A DNA stretch of 57,612 nt, the filler included, from Sphacelaria rigidula (lineage: Eukaryota), in the NCBI GenBank assembly GCA_964200075.2. It is 8 parts of 8 records of this genome, joined end to end, with 100 filler letters (N's around TTAATTAATTAA, not from the genome) between each part and the next. Parts side by side here need not be neighbours in the genome. Positions count along the whole stretch, not along the records: positions 7,216 to 14,330 come from CAXNAA020016416.1; positions 14,431 to 21,544 come from CAXNAA020016417.1; positions 21,645 to 28,758 come from CAXNAA020016418.1; 5 more parts are not named here. One strand, given 5' to 3'. Below the pieces are notes generated by a model. The model was not told the DNA's origin and searched no databases. It saw only the letters and a list, made by a program, of their open reading frames with translations. Below are positions 11,640-24,515 of the stretch, in pieces. Within the stretch, counting starts at the first letter, position 1; each line of letters begins with the position of its first letter. A program made the translations under genes and the position numbers.

Positions 11640-14259
11640 CTTAAGAATCGGATTGGTAAACATTCGGAACAGTATTTCGCAGGCCACTCACCGGCCCACG
11701 TTTGGTTTTTGTGTATTGAAAATTTGTGTGGGCGCTGGCCAGGGCATGATTAACAAAACGCAGTGGAGCAGATTTTTTTTCATTCATTTTTTTACTGGTT
11801 GGGGGCGTGTTGGTCCGGTAAAAACCATTTCTTCACGAGAACGCCTTAACCTCCATGAAAAAAAAAATTGAAGGCCCATTTTTTTTTATTCGGCATCCTT
11901 CTGCGGTTCTCCACACCAATTTCCGTCGCCATCGGCTAAATGCAAGAATGGAGAGTTTCATAGAAAGTTTAGTATTGGCGCTATCTCCCCTGGGTGTAGG
12001 GATTAATAGACATGGGGGTTTAATCAAGGAGAAAATATGGTCCCAAGCTTTTGAGTACACGGGCACCTTCTCCTTGATGAGACAATTAATACGATATGCG
12101 GATCACGGCCCAATTCGTTTCCGGTGATGAGGAGATATTGCTCTGCCAGGTTAAATCCGTTCCTGGGCTGGCCCAGCTCGTACCTACAATAAGGTATGGG
12201 GAAATGAAACAAAACCAAAAACGAAGCTAGACCTAGAAACAAAGCTCACAAACGCAACGCAAGCAAAACAGGAATGCATAATAAAGAGAAAAGAGCAGAC
12301 ATACGACTTACCTCCAAAGATGCGGTGCTGCAGGTGCCGATTCGGACTTTGGGGGTAGGCGCCCGACTTTCCAACTCGACGCGCGAGAACAAGTAGAAAT
12401 TAACATGGGCTGCGACTACGGGCGAAAATCAAGGTCCCAAGACTACCAACGAAAAAATGAAGACTCGCAAGGTTCTGTCCTTCAATCTCTCCAGAGATAG
12501 CAATACGTATACGCATACCAGGCATATCAAGCCAAGCACTGTTATGGGCGTGCCTGACCCCCCAAACTGGGCAAACAGAGTGTCACCGACCAAAATCACG
12601 AAAAGACACGAACAGATCGACTTTTGAGGATTATTCAGGCTCGTCGGGTAAAATATGCCTAACGTCATCGGAAGAGAACGGCATGGATCCAAAATTCATC
12701 TAGGATAGGCTGGAATGCCAGGAGGCTAGTTGGGTTGATCCAACCCAACGCCCACCGAGAACCCTCGAGCAAGGGTGGTACATATTTTTTTAACAGAGTG
12801 AGGCCTTGGAAGACCCCAAATCTGCGCCTGTGGCGCCGACTTCAACGAAAACACGTTTTGCTAATACGAGGAGCCCACGGGACTGTCAGTGCTACTTGAA
12901 ATCCGATTCTTGTTGTACGCATTCAGACCAAGTAATATGAACCATTATTATTCGTAGCCCAACGCCTGAAACGGGAACGCTGAGGCATTTATTTTTACAA
13001 AATCATATGCTCAACATGCGATAGAACCATATGTAATGATGAACTACGATGAGGACGGCCCTTAAACAGACGAGCGGAGTACAGTCGCCGGGTGTGTCAT
13101 GTAGGCTGGGCGGATGTTGATCGACTTCCTCGTCATGTTAATCGTTCTACGATTCTAGCGGATGAATGACTCGCCCTGTGCAAGGGTATCTGTTGTTCCG
13201 TGGGTATGCCTTTTCATTTCATGAATATGCATGATTTTGATCGGACTCCTAGGATATCGTGTTCCAAGAGGGAATGCAAACAAACCGTCGGTCGTCACCC
13301 ACCACTGCCGAAACAACGGACGCGTGTCTTAGGACGGGTTGGTGCACTGAAAAACATTAGTGGGGCTCCGGTACCATGTGGCTTCAACAAAAGTGGGCTG
13401 ACGACTTTATGCTGTCTTCTGTGTCGCCTTGACGCAGTATAGTTGACCATTGGGGAGGGTAAGTTGATCCATCTTGATTTCATTGTCAACACCGAAATCC
13501 GGATCTTTTCATGGGAGCTGTGCTTCAAGCATGCTCTGTGGCATTCTTTTCTCCTACAGTTCAGAGTTTGTCCACACTTGCCACCAGGTGAGATGAGATA
13601 CAAAGGTACGTTATCGATGGTGGCGTGGTGATTGCACCGGGTGCAGGAGAACGAGCGCTACTCTTGCCACTCTCACAAGCGATGCACAGATGGGGTGAAT
13701 GTCCGCACACACGCAAGCTTTAGGGGTTTGGTCAAAGGTTCAAATTCTACACCTGCCAAACATTCCACACATGCGATGTATCAACCATCTGCAGTATCAC
13801 GAGTCATCCGTGGGTGTAATCTATTCTCAGGCGGTTGGACAGGGGTGACGTTTTCGCATGTCGTGAAAACCGGCGAAGGTCGCAGGTGCTGGTTTGCGCC
13901 TGTAGCCCAAACAGTTGCCCCGATTACTCATCGTCAAGGCCATCGTTTGGGATGCAATTTTTTGCATCATCTGCGCCAAGACGGCAGCTAAAACCTCGGT
14001 CGTCGAATTTGTTATCTCATCGGGGTTCGAGTTTTATAACAAATTGAGTGAAAAAAACATGTTTATTTTTGCGATTTTCTTGTTCACCGTAGCTCCTTTG
14101 GTTCCACAATCTTCCCAGATTGTAGCTTTGACAAAAACACGTCGGTGAGTAGTCTAGGTACGCTGTGGTTCGTAGCCCGGGACAACGAAAATGGGAAATC
14201 GTCGGGTGGAAACCCCACTCAAATCACAAGTACTTGGGGGGATTCTACCGCGTGCATAT

Positions 14260-14330
14260 TCAAACAGCCAATCATCTATGTTGAGGATGGTGCTTTTGAT
14301 TGAGGATGAGAACCCGGAGGATTAAAATCT
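14260..14330 (+). repeat. Partial copy of the inverted-repeat family at 18380/20300, cut by the contig end
   Basis: aaacagccaatcatc...gaggatgagaacccggaggatt matches 18384-18445. Confidence 0.75.
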
Positions 14331-14451
14331 NNNNNNNNNNNNNNNNNNNNNNNNNNNNNNNNNNNNNNNNNNNNTTAATTAATTAANNNNNNNNNNNNNN
14401 NNNNNNNNNNNNNNNNNNNNNNNNNNNNNNGTTGTATGGCCAATTTTTTCT

Positions 14452-16338
14452 TTACACTTTTAGCTGGTTTTGGGGGGGGGCTATCGTAGAAAGTGTCAGC
14501 CCTCTCTCCCGCTCCTGAGAAACAGTAGCACTCGAACCACGACCCCGTGCACAGCGTAGAGCAGCGTTCCTACTCGAACACTCGCTCCTTGTGCCATGAG
14601 TCCAGCCAGCTACAGGTCGCACACTCGTGTAGCCGCTCAGCTCGCCTGTAAACGGTATATCCGCACCGCCGAACCAATGCGACAAGCCATCTGCCTCCAC
14701 AGATACTGGGGCAGTACTGAACACCTGTGCTTCAGTCAGTTTTACAGAGGAAACGAGAGGCGAAACGGGAACAGCTACACAGTCCCGAACAGTAACACCT
14801 CCTGATGGCACACTATCCTCGTCAACAACCCACGGCGCAACAGTTGAGAAACCTCCCTCATCGCCGCCAAACACGCCAAAGCTGTCCATGTGAACATCAA
14901 TGCGTACAACCACCCCAACATCCCGTAATCCAGCGAATCCACATCCGCCAACCCAGCATCCACTTTTCCTGCAAGCAGACAGACGCCCCTGGGAGTCATC
15001 TAGATAATCTCCCGCTGAATCACTGGAGCAGATGGACTCGCCCTGAGCATCGCAAGCTCCAAGCTTGCTGTGCTCACTCTCATCACGAAGATAGCACTCC
15101 CTTGCAGCAGTGAGCATGTCAGGTGTGTCCTTAATCACGCGCTGGTCCGGCGGCCACAAGCAGCCAGGGCCTTTGCGTCTCAACACTAGCTCATCGGAGC
15201 AAATTGGGCACGCCCTTTCAACAGCAGCGGGAGCAGCGGCTGGATCAAATGTACCCGCTTCAGCCACGACCAGCACACTTTCAAACGGCAACAGCGGCAG
15301 CTGAGCTGCCTGCAGTCCACTTGGGCTGCGTGGCATGTTCGCCCTCTTCAACAGCAGTACCAGCAGCATCCAAGCCAGTACTTACTGTGGTACTGTCGGT
15401 GGGCACGTTCTCATGCCTACCCACTTCGACAGACACGTGCTGAGCGTCTTTCCCGCTCTGCACAGTGGAAACAGCTGCCCTCTATCGTTGCTTGAGACAT
15501 GCACCACCAAGTGCACGTTCGGCGGGTGCACTACCGGGCCTGTCCCCTCGGGCAGACACATGCTTTTCGGCTTTCACAGTGCAAGCAGCTGCCCCGTATC
15601 GTTGTTTCAAACGCGCACCACCGACTACACATCCGGCGGGTGAACTGTCGCGCGTGTCCCCTCCGGTAGACACATGCTTCTCGCCTTTCACAGTGCAAGC
15701 AGCTGCCCTGTATCATTGTTTCAGACGCCCATCACCAACTGCATGTTCGGCAGGGGCACTGTCGTGCCTGTCCTCTCTGACAGACACATGTTTGTCGCCC
15801 TTCACAGTGCAAGTAGCTGCCCCGTAACGTTGTTTCAGACGCACCCCACCTACTGCACGTTCAGCGGGTGCACTGTCGTACCTGTTACTTCTGACAGACA
15901 CATGCTTCTCGGCTTTCACAGTGCCATGCACCCCATTTGACGACGCATCCTTGCGCAACGCGAAAAGCAACTGCTCGTGCCCGACATCATGATCATGCTT
16001 CAAGCATGTGTCACACATACATATCGCAATATGTTTCAGCATGAGGTCAGAAACTTCTGTCACATTGTCCGCCGCGCGTGCACCTGATGTACATCTCGCA
16101 CATATTGCTCGTATTTCCGTATAAACTCGGCTGATTCCTCGCTCGAAAAACCGCGGCCATAGTACGGTACCTCCAGCGCCTGTACAGATACAAGACGACC
16201 ATCGACGATGACATATTCCTGGGCTTTATCATTTTGAACAGTCGAACAGGCTTTTCCCGCTACCTCTCCACGCTCGCTGCTCATCGAGCGCCGAGCCACC
16301 ACGACATGTGTACATAGTGGACAATCACAAAGCAGCAC
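14452..16338 (-). pseudogene. Degenerate repeat-borne ORF: possible gag-like N-terminus, 38-aa tandem repeats, low-complexity tail
   Basis: Successive minus-strand ORFs (VPYYGRGFSSEESAEFIRKYEQYVRDVHQV; VSDLMLKHIAICMCDTCLKH; TVKAEKHVSVR repeats; CLWPPD) are broken by stops and frameshifts. A second copy lies at ~20340-20772 (+). Confidence 0.55.
15461..15923. repeat. 114-bp coding tandem repeat (4 units, 38 aa each)
   Basis: cacagtg anchors at 15461, 15575, 15689, 15803 and 15917 (exact 114 spacing). Confidence 0.9.
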
Positions 16339-18724
16339 CTCAACAGCTCACAGCGGTTCCAGAAAAACCGGCGTTGTTTCTCAATCACAGGAACAACAAC
16401 TTCCCATCTACCTAGACGCGCTTGGCCACCAAACGACAATGGCCACAGCGCCTCTTCCTCACGCAGATTTCATCACATTTTTGAATTCCGTAGACTCCTC
16501 TTCTCGTATGCGGCTGGCCAACCTTGAACCAGCCCTCGCACAATTATCCCGTCTCAAGCAGTAATTGCACCGCGTTTTTAGGCAGGCGCTCCGGGCAACC
16601 CAGCTGGTAATCAATCGATACCAAAGCACACCCTAGCACTACCTCAGAACCTTCTGGGCTCTACTCCTTCCATCTTCCTGCGCGCTGCCATCCTTCCAAT
16701 AGGCTTCTGTACTTCAGTCGCCTCGGGCTATATCACCAGCGTCTCTCTCTCCGCCGCTTCCTCCCCCCCTGTTTTTCAACGTGACTATGGGGTGCGGCTT
16801 CAAAACTCCAATCTAGAAACGACAAGTTTCCTGAATAAAAGTTGTAGACTTGTCTGGAATCAAAACAACGTCACAGTGCTGCTCCAGAGGCTTCCTCCCT
16901 GTCACGGGCTCCAGAGACTTCAAGACTCAAGCAGTTATACAAACAGCAGTCTTCGTTTACCAGGAGTGACCGGCGCACCTCGTGTGCAAACATCATACGT
17001 CACGGAGTCCACCAACCATACTCTCAGACCCGTTATCCATCAACTAGCCTGTAAAGGCCTGCTATGCATTTTCTCGACTGCAGTCATGTACCCAACCGCG
17101 GTGACAATGTTGCCCGGAGTCTACAGTCCAGTCCCTCAATGAGTATACAAAAAGCAGGAGGACACCTGCTGAAAGGAACAGGTAGAGGAGATTCACACAC
17201 GATAGTGACAGATGACCCATGGTTAGGAGAAGTCTGTGTATTCACCATCGTAGTACCCAAGATAGGAAAACATATATTTTCGCCGTGCGAAGTCATTCAA
17301 GATGTGCGTGAGTACTTTATTTTCATCAGAGACACGTCTAGATTGGGGAGATTTTAAAGTTTCCATCAATGCTGATTGCAACGGAATACTAAAGAGCATA
17401 AGTATGAATTTCATCCATGAGGATAACTACGGTAGTTCAGCGCTAACAACTACAGTAGTCATCTTTACGACAGAACAAAGTGCATACTAAAAGAGATACT
17501 GAGAATGAAGATCGTAGGCTTCATTACTAGACAAATAGGTTCGAGATAAGACATGTCTAGCAAGTATTGACGACAGGATATCAGTTCAGTCACCTGTGTA
17601 CCCGACTAGTAAATCGGTGAAATTGCCTGCATACATCAACAGCAATGAGGATAGACATGTACGGAAAATACAAGAGGAGGTACGACCGAAACATATGTTC
17701 CCATTTCCAAAGCATTCAAAGTAACGGAAACAGCAGGATTGTCTATTTCCAGAAAAAAGGTATTACGGACCAAGAACAAATCCAAGAAGCATTTGAACTT
17801 CATGGACAACAGCGACGACGTAGATACCAAGAAGCAGTAGACATACATACTACAAACAAATATCGTCGATGCATCGTAGAGAGAAGTAATTGTAGAAAAT
17901 AAACATAATCAATTACGGTGTAGTGTAGCAACCGTCGAGTGAGAAGCAAGAACCGAGGAGAGCATTAGGGATGTAGTTTTGGCATAATTTTTACATGAAT
18001 AAATATCAATCTCACCCACCCAGTCATGAAGTCAATTATAAATCATTGAGGCATGCACTATATGCACTTAGTGTTGCGTACGCATTCCAGCATGAATGCA
18101 GCAAAGGCATCATGGCAGCAGCAGAAGCCGAAGTAACCATCCACGTCGGAGTCCACGGGAGTTCCCATCACGACGAGTCCTCTCTAGGTTGTGGACAGCA
18201 CATACAACTAATCCGATATTGCCAAGTTGTCTGTGGCGTGCATTAAGTCCGTTCTTCATGGCGTTCCCATACTTTCGAAACTCGAGTTCGGGCAGGTCAG
18301 GAAGAGGGCGATTGGAGCCACAAGCACGATCGCGTACAGGGTGTATGCTTCGTCGAGAAGGCAGGCTGACCGCTGTGCTGTATAAACAGCCGATCATCGA
18401 AATTGAGGATGGAGCTTTCATTAAGGATGAGAACCCGGAGGATTCAAATTTCCGTATACGACCAAATATCCGGAATATGGTTCCATTCTTGCACCTTCTG
18501 GTAGCTATTGACGTCCGCTACACGCCCTACAAATTTGGATTCCGATAACCGAAAACGTGGGGCCCTAGATAAAGAAACAGTTTGGGGGGATTTAGGTGAT
18601 CCGATCGGATTGCCGAATCCCCCGAAATTGGGTTTTGTGACGCCAGCCAGAAGAAGAACTGGTGGATCACTGCTGTTGAGGTACTCCCCAGTCTCACTAC
18701 CCTCAGTTTCAATTGTCAGCCTTT

Positions 18725-19190
18725 CGGTACCCGGTACCGGTATTTGGGACATCTCATACCCTACCGACACCGGTCCAATCCGGTATTTTCAAATGCCATA
18801 CCTACGATACCTATGATACAAGGGTATTCCGAGATTTCAATACCTACCGTATCCGTCAAATCCGGTATTTTCAAATGTCATACCTACGATACTTACGATA
18901 CCAGGGTATTTCGAGGATCCAACCGCACCCACCCAGTCCGGTATTTTCAAATGCAATACCTACGATACCTATGATACCAGGGTATGTCGAGATTTCAATA
19001 CCTACCGTACCCGCCCAATCCGGTATTTTCAAAACTCATATCCACGATACCTGCGATACCAGGGTATTTCCATGTTTGAATACCTACCGTTCCCACCCAA
19101 TCCGGTATTTTCAAATGTCATACCTACGATACCTACGCATACCACGGTAGGGGATACCCCGGTAACTACCGAGGGGTCGGTATCTACCGA
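18725..19190. repeat. MITE-like unit with five ~82-bp internal tandem repeats
   Basis: cggtattttcaaa anchors at 18781, 18863, 18939, 19021 and 19103. Confidence 0.85.
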
Positions 19191-19674
19191 ACGCGATACA
19201 CTCCCCACGATGCAGCAGCTACTGCTAACTCACGCTGAGGCCAGAAGCTGTCGGAGCGGGCACGTCTTGTTTTCACAAGTAATGAATACCTGGATTCTCA
19301 TGTCCTCTGATGTTTTTGGTGTGTGGGTATAAATATGAGATCATCGTTTGAAGATATACATTGTTCCATGTCGAAGATGAGCATTGTACGCAATAATATT
19401 CCACGTGCAAGCAAACAAGCAGAAAACAAACGAAAATGAGAAGAAACAAGAAAACGAGGGGTCGCAGGAGGCGTACAATATACACAATGTGCCAAAATAC
19501 CAATGAAAAAAACTTCCATATTTATATACCGTAAATGCTGCGCAGTTGCCGGGTGCTGTTGTTGAAAAAGTTTAACTACACATAGAGGGGCAAATTCCAC
19601 TCTTGCGTACTACTGCACTAAAACGCTTCGCACTGCCAGATGGCAATTTTGAATTTGGTATAGAGGGTGAGGCA

Positions 19675-19903
19675 GGTACCCGGTACCGGTATTTGGGACA
19701 TCTCATACCCTACCGATACCGGTTCAATCCGATATTTTCAAATGCCATACCTACGATGCCTACGATACAAGGGTATTTCGAGATTTCAATACCTACCGTA
19801 CCCGCCCAATCCGATATTTTCAAATGTCATACATACGATACCTACGCATACCACGGTAGTGGATACCCCGGTAAACACCGGGGTAAGCTCGGTACGGTAC
19901 CTT
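19675..19903. repeat. Second copy of the 82-bp-repeat unit, with two repeats only
   Basis: Same ends (ggtacccggtaccggtatttgggacatctcataccctaccga...cgcataccacggtag) as 18725-19190; anchors at 19730 and 19812. Confidence 0.85.
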
Positions 19904-20339
19904 ACCTACGGTGCCTGCCTGTGCCAGCCTTTACAACATCTCATCAATATCAGGATTGATCTTCCAAGACATCATCCTTTCTGACACGCGGGTTATCATC
20001 CCCGTGTCCCCGGTCATTATCCGCATAGCCGGAATTCCCGTGCCCCAAGTTATTATCCATATCATCACTACCAACTCAACGTAACGGCGTACTTTCGTCA
20101 CAGATTTCACCTAAAACCCCACATTTCGGTACTCGAAATCCAAATTTGTAGGGCGTGTAGAACTTGTCAGTAGCTACCAGTAGGTAAGGGAATGGAACCA
20201 TATTCCGTAGATTTGGTGTGGATACAAAGATTTTAGTTCTTCGGGTTCTCATCCTCAATGAGAAGCTCCCTCCTCAATTTCGATGATCGGCTGTTTATAC
20301 TGCACTGTACTATACCTGTACTAATTAGAGCGGTGCGAG

Positions 20340-20772
20340 GGTAAAAATGCCATGATTCTCAGATCAAAGTTCTTAAAATATGAGAAACACGTGCGGCATG
20401 TAGACCAGGTGAACGCGCGTTGGACAAACCTCTTTGAGGTTACAGCAGTTTCTGACCTCATGACGAAACGTATTGCGATATGTCTGTGTGACACGTTTTT
20501 GAAGCATGCTTGTGATGTTAAACACGAGCAGTTGCTTTTTGCGTTGTGCAATCATGCGTCGTCGGGTGGGACGCACGGCACTGTGAAGCGCGCACAGGTC
20601 ACACGGCACGTGTCTGTCAGAGGGGACAGGCATAAGAGCGCTCGCGCATGCACTGTGAAAGCCGAGAAGCATGTGTCTGTCAGATAGAACAGGCATGACC
20701 GTGCGCTCGCCGGACGTGCTGTAGGTGGGTCGCGTCTGAAACAACGATATAGGGCAGCTGCCTGCACTGTGT
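20340..20772 (+). pseudogene. Truncated, oppositely oriented copy of the 14452-16338 repeat ORF
   Basis: FLKYEKHVRHVDQVNARW...VSDLMTKRIAICLCDTFLKHACDVKHEQLLFAL...TVKAEKHVSVR is clearly homologous. Confidence 0.8.
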
Positions 20773-21086
20773 TAAACGTACGAAAGAGCATTTTGAATGT
20801 TGAACGGTATCGAATGCGAGAAACGTCTTGTTACGATGGCTTTAGAATTTGAAGTTCATCGACTTTTGGGAATTTTGTGCCAGTTCGGAGTCAGCAGACT
20901 TGTTTCGAGCATGGGTTTGAGAATTGGGCGTCAGCTATCGCCCCGTAACTCGGAGCGATGCAAGTAGCGTGATTGCGTGTTCATGATGGACGTCTTAAAT
21001 CTCTTGCGAGTTGTTTGAAAATTGGACAAGCTTGTATGGCTGTTATCGTGTACTGCTGTAGGGATTGCCACTCTGTGTGAAAATTG

Positions 21087-21200
21087 CACGGTTAGGACGA
21101 ATCACCACGGGTTCGAATCACCAAATCCACGATTTCTTCGGTCTGATTCCCCGAAAGGGAGAAAGAACTTGACCGCTAGTCTAAGGGGTATCCTTGACCA
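21087..21200 (+). mobile_element. Truncated CACGG-TIR (hAT-like) MITE
   Basis: Starts cacggttaggacgaatc; homologous to 28859-28966, 29428-29649 and 52003-52261. No second TIR was found. Confidence 0.7.
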
Positions 21201-23054
21201 AAAGTGACTCAGTTCGCTCCCCTCGCAAACATAATATGCTACGCACTTAACAATCATACTCCAAAAAGTTGTCACACGGTCCAAACTGATATCCATGTGC
21301 TACCGTACTCCTCATGCTAAAGGTGCTACTGTACTTTCTCTACAGCACCCCCAAGCTACGTTCTACTTAACGGTAGGAAACGAGCTTGATAATCGGTAAA
21401 CACCGACAATAAATCTGGGATGTCAACAAAGAATAATCATGCAAACGATAACCAAGCGGAATACTCGACGAGCACCAATCAACAGAGGATTCTATAAAAT
21501 GAGGTTCATCAATGAAATGAGGTTTGAGCTCAAAACAGTACTTTNNNNNNNNNNNNNNNNNNNNNNNNNNNNNNNNNNNNNNNNNNNNTTAATTAATTAA
21601 NNNNNNNNNNNNNNNNNNNNNNNNNNNNNNNNNNNNNNNNNNNNCCATATCGCTGCATTTGGGGTGGCGTGTTGCAACAGCACGCAACGGGACGGCACGA
21701 CGTCCGATTTGGTTTCAAATATGCATGTTATTTGGTTCTGGCGCACGACTGTTTCTTATTCACCCCAACGCGCCCCGTAAGTTCATCTCCAAGCCGAGAT
21801 TCGGGTGTGCAAAAATAGATTGTGTGAAATGGGTGTCATTCTGATGAAGAAATACAAAGTAACGGCGGCGAATTCGCAGGTTTTGCAAAAAACTACCGAT
21901 TTACCCCTTCGGGCCGAAGTGGCAGGGGCAGAAGGGGTTGTGGGGACGGCGGCGGGGGACACGGGGGAAATCGTACGGCGTACAGTTCTTCGGCAAAGTG
22001 TTCGTGACGGCTGGTGGTGCGACCCAGCTCAGTGGAGTACCGACTCTGCCTAGCATGCCCAGCTCTTCTGTTCAACTCTTGGTCTCCAACGCAACCGAGC
22101 GTAAAATTCAACAAGTTAAAAGTTGCCTTTTCTTTTCATTTCGTTCAAATTTGCGAAAATCTGGTCGCGCCCGTCCGTTTTGTTTCCCGCGGTGCAGTTA
22201 ATCATGCTTCAAAGAGTTTCGGCGGCTATCGCCGCCAGGCTCAATGGATCGACAGCCAAGAGACATGGGCACCGGCGATACTCATGTATGTTGCGTCATG
22301 GTACATGGCACAGTACGGCAAAGCCGTAGCAGCAGCTAGCTCATGAGCTGAGCACGATGATTTTGTGTGAGACGCGCGTCCACCTCAAACAAAGAGGATC
22401 AGCATCCGTTGACTTAATGCCGCGTCAATGAAATTGTTTTCACCTCGTTTGGATGAACCCGGGTGGGACTTTTTCGCTTCGGTTTCCTTGACGTCTCTCT
22501 TTGTGAGTTGGTGTGATTTTGTTTGTTTTGTTTTGTTCCTTGTCTCGAGGATCAGCAGAAACGATGAGAACTTCCCCGAGGATTTGACTGGCCCCGCAAA
22601 CCAAAACCACACAGCTCAAGCCGTAGCTGCTCGTCAGCTGAGACAGCTGGGGATATATCAGTTTATGCTGGCTTTTTCGCCATTTCCCTCCTCGGCTCGG
22701 CATCATCACCGCCATAAACGTCGTGGCCCCAGACCGCGAGGGTAGTCAGTTGGGTCATGGATTTTTGTTTCCCCCGAAGTTGATACCGATTCCGTTTCAG
22801 ATAAAAACAACAGGTACCGGTATTTTCGGTGCCTCATGAAATACAAATCGCATGTACTGCTGAGTAGCAGCGGCAGACAAGAGATAGAAAAAATGAAGTG
22901 AAGTCGAGGCAATGCGATATGCATGCAAGATCAAAACGCGCTCGAGGCGTGCCAACGCCGCCTCAAGCATTCAGTGGAGAAGGGCAGCACGCTGCTGTTT
23001 CATACTGTCCTGGTTCTCAACTGATCATGATGCCGATACTAATTTTGAGTGAAA

Positions 23055-23840
23055 TCATGTCGATTCCAAAAATGGAAGGAGTTGCCTCGTTTCTAGCCAG
23101 AAGAGGAACATCGGTGTCCCGATGACAGAGGCCCATGCAAAGGCTTGACACATGACAAACAACGCAACACCATCAGAGGTGAACGCGGAGAACTCACTGC
23201 CTCCGCAAACCGAGAACACAGCTTGATTGAACGCGGGGATTCCATTGCCCACGCAAACCAAGAACACACGCGTTGTCGAGTTTTGTCCACCATTACGACA
23301 TAATTTTTCTCCACGTTTGGCCATGGTGTGAGGTAAAATCCTAGATCGTGTGACGGCGCTGAGATTCAAACCCACGACCCAACTGAGCTGCCGACTCAAC
23401 TTTACAATAGAAGCCGTGGTTTTTAGCGCCTCATGATGAAAAAATCGCATGTACAGGAGGGCAGCAGCAGCAGCAGCTACAACAACAGTCCGACAATCCA
23501 GCATCTTCACTACGCCTGCAGCTGAAGGGTAGCATCGAAGCACAGGCGTGTGGACATACACTCGTAAGCAGGGTGTGGGATTTGTATTCAGTAAAAGCTG
23601 TTGAGAATTCTATCATTCAGCCCAACCGATCTTTGAATTGGGGGGCAGGAGGATGAGTTATTTTCAACAATTACTGCTGCAAATCTCGCATCCCATCCGC
23701 TGATGACGGTGTAGAATGCGGGACATGCACAGCGGAGACTGTTCGCAATAAGTTTTCGTTTTGCCCAGTTTATGGATGAATTGGCGGGCAAAGTGAGGAT
23801 CTGTTTCGAGCAGCTTCTCTTGTTCGAATTTCAAATCTGT
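23055..23840 (-). pseudogene. Degenerate coding relic, weakly KDZ-transposase-like
   Basis: Fragments such as NSSINWAK...CACPAFYTV and FSVCGGSEFSAFTSDGVAL (cf. F.C..CG.......DG); heavily disrupted. Confidence 0.2.
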
Positions 23841-23932
23841 CAGAGTGTACAGGCTGGGCCGCCGAAGACGCGGACAGGGATGTGAACACGCGACTTTCCA
23901 GCTCAATTTTGGGTTGTTGTCAATAGAACTCG

Positions 23933-24075
23933 GACACGATGTACACGACGTATTTGTGGAGAATTCTTCACGATTTTGTTCCAAAATATTCGGTCGCCCA
24001 CAACTCACGGAGAAAACAAATATATGTAGGGGCCTGAAGGTGGAGTCTTCGCACATACATCGTGTACATCGTGTC
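23933..24075. repeat. Short inverted repeat / mini-MITE
   Basis: gacacgatgtacacgacgtat ... atacatcgtgtacatcgtgtc. Confidence 0.7.
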
Positions 24076-24214
24076 AGAATTTCGCAGAAAACGGCTCAAG
24101 ATTAAGCTTTGTAAGCCGGGTATACAGTTATATAGAGACCCGATTGCAGGTATGAGCACAGGTATATACCTTGGAGAGGCACGGATGTAGGCTCAATCGA
24201 AAAACACAACCTCA

Positions 24215-24515
24215 CACACGCGACCATTTGGCTACATCCCAAAATGCCTTCGGAGGGATGCGCGGCCCTCCAGGGGGAAAACAAGCAACCGGAGGCCTTA
24301 CATCCCTCTAGAGGAGACCAAACTCTACCGACCCGGAGGGCCGCGCACCCCTCCGGAGGAATTTGGGGGTATGCGCGGCCCTCCGGAAGCAAGAATAAGC
24401 GAAAAAATCTCCTCTGGACCGCCGCGCACCCCTCCAGAGGCGTTCAATTCCTCTGGAGGCTCGAAAAGTGTACCCACCTGGAGGAAGTGTGGAGGTAGCC
24501 AAATGGCCGCATGTG
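24215..24515. mobile_element. MITE with TIRs and internal CCCTCCGGAGG motif array
   Basis: cacacgcgaccatttggctac / gtagccaaatggccgcatgtg inverted termini; repeated ccgcgcacccctcc(g/a)gagg motifs in both orientations. Confidence 0.7.

Larger units (their letters stand above)
18380..20300. mobile_element. Putative non-autonomous DNA element bounded by ~190-bp inverted repeats
   Basis: 18380-18565 (gtataaacagccgatcatcgaaattgagg...ccctacaaatttggatt) is the reverse complement of ~20112-20300. Exact ends and TSD are uncertain. Confidence 0.65.

Noticed and set aside
16410-16432. Primer-binding site (TGGTGGCC, minus strand) upstream of the gag-like ORF
   Set aside because: Not preceded by a CA LTR end, and no paired LTR is visible
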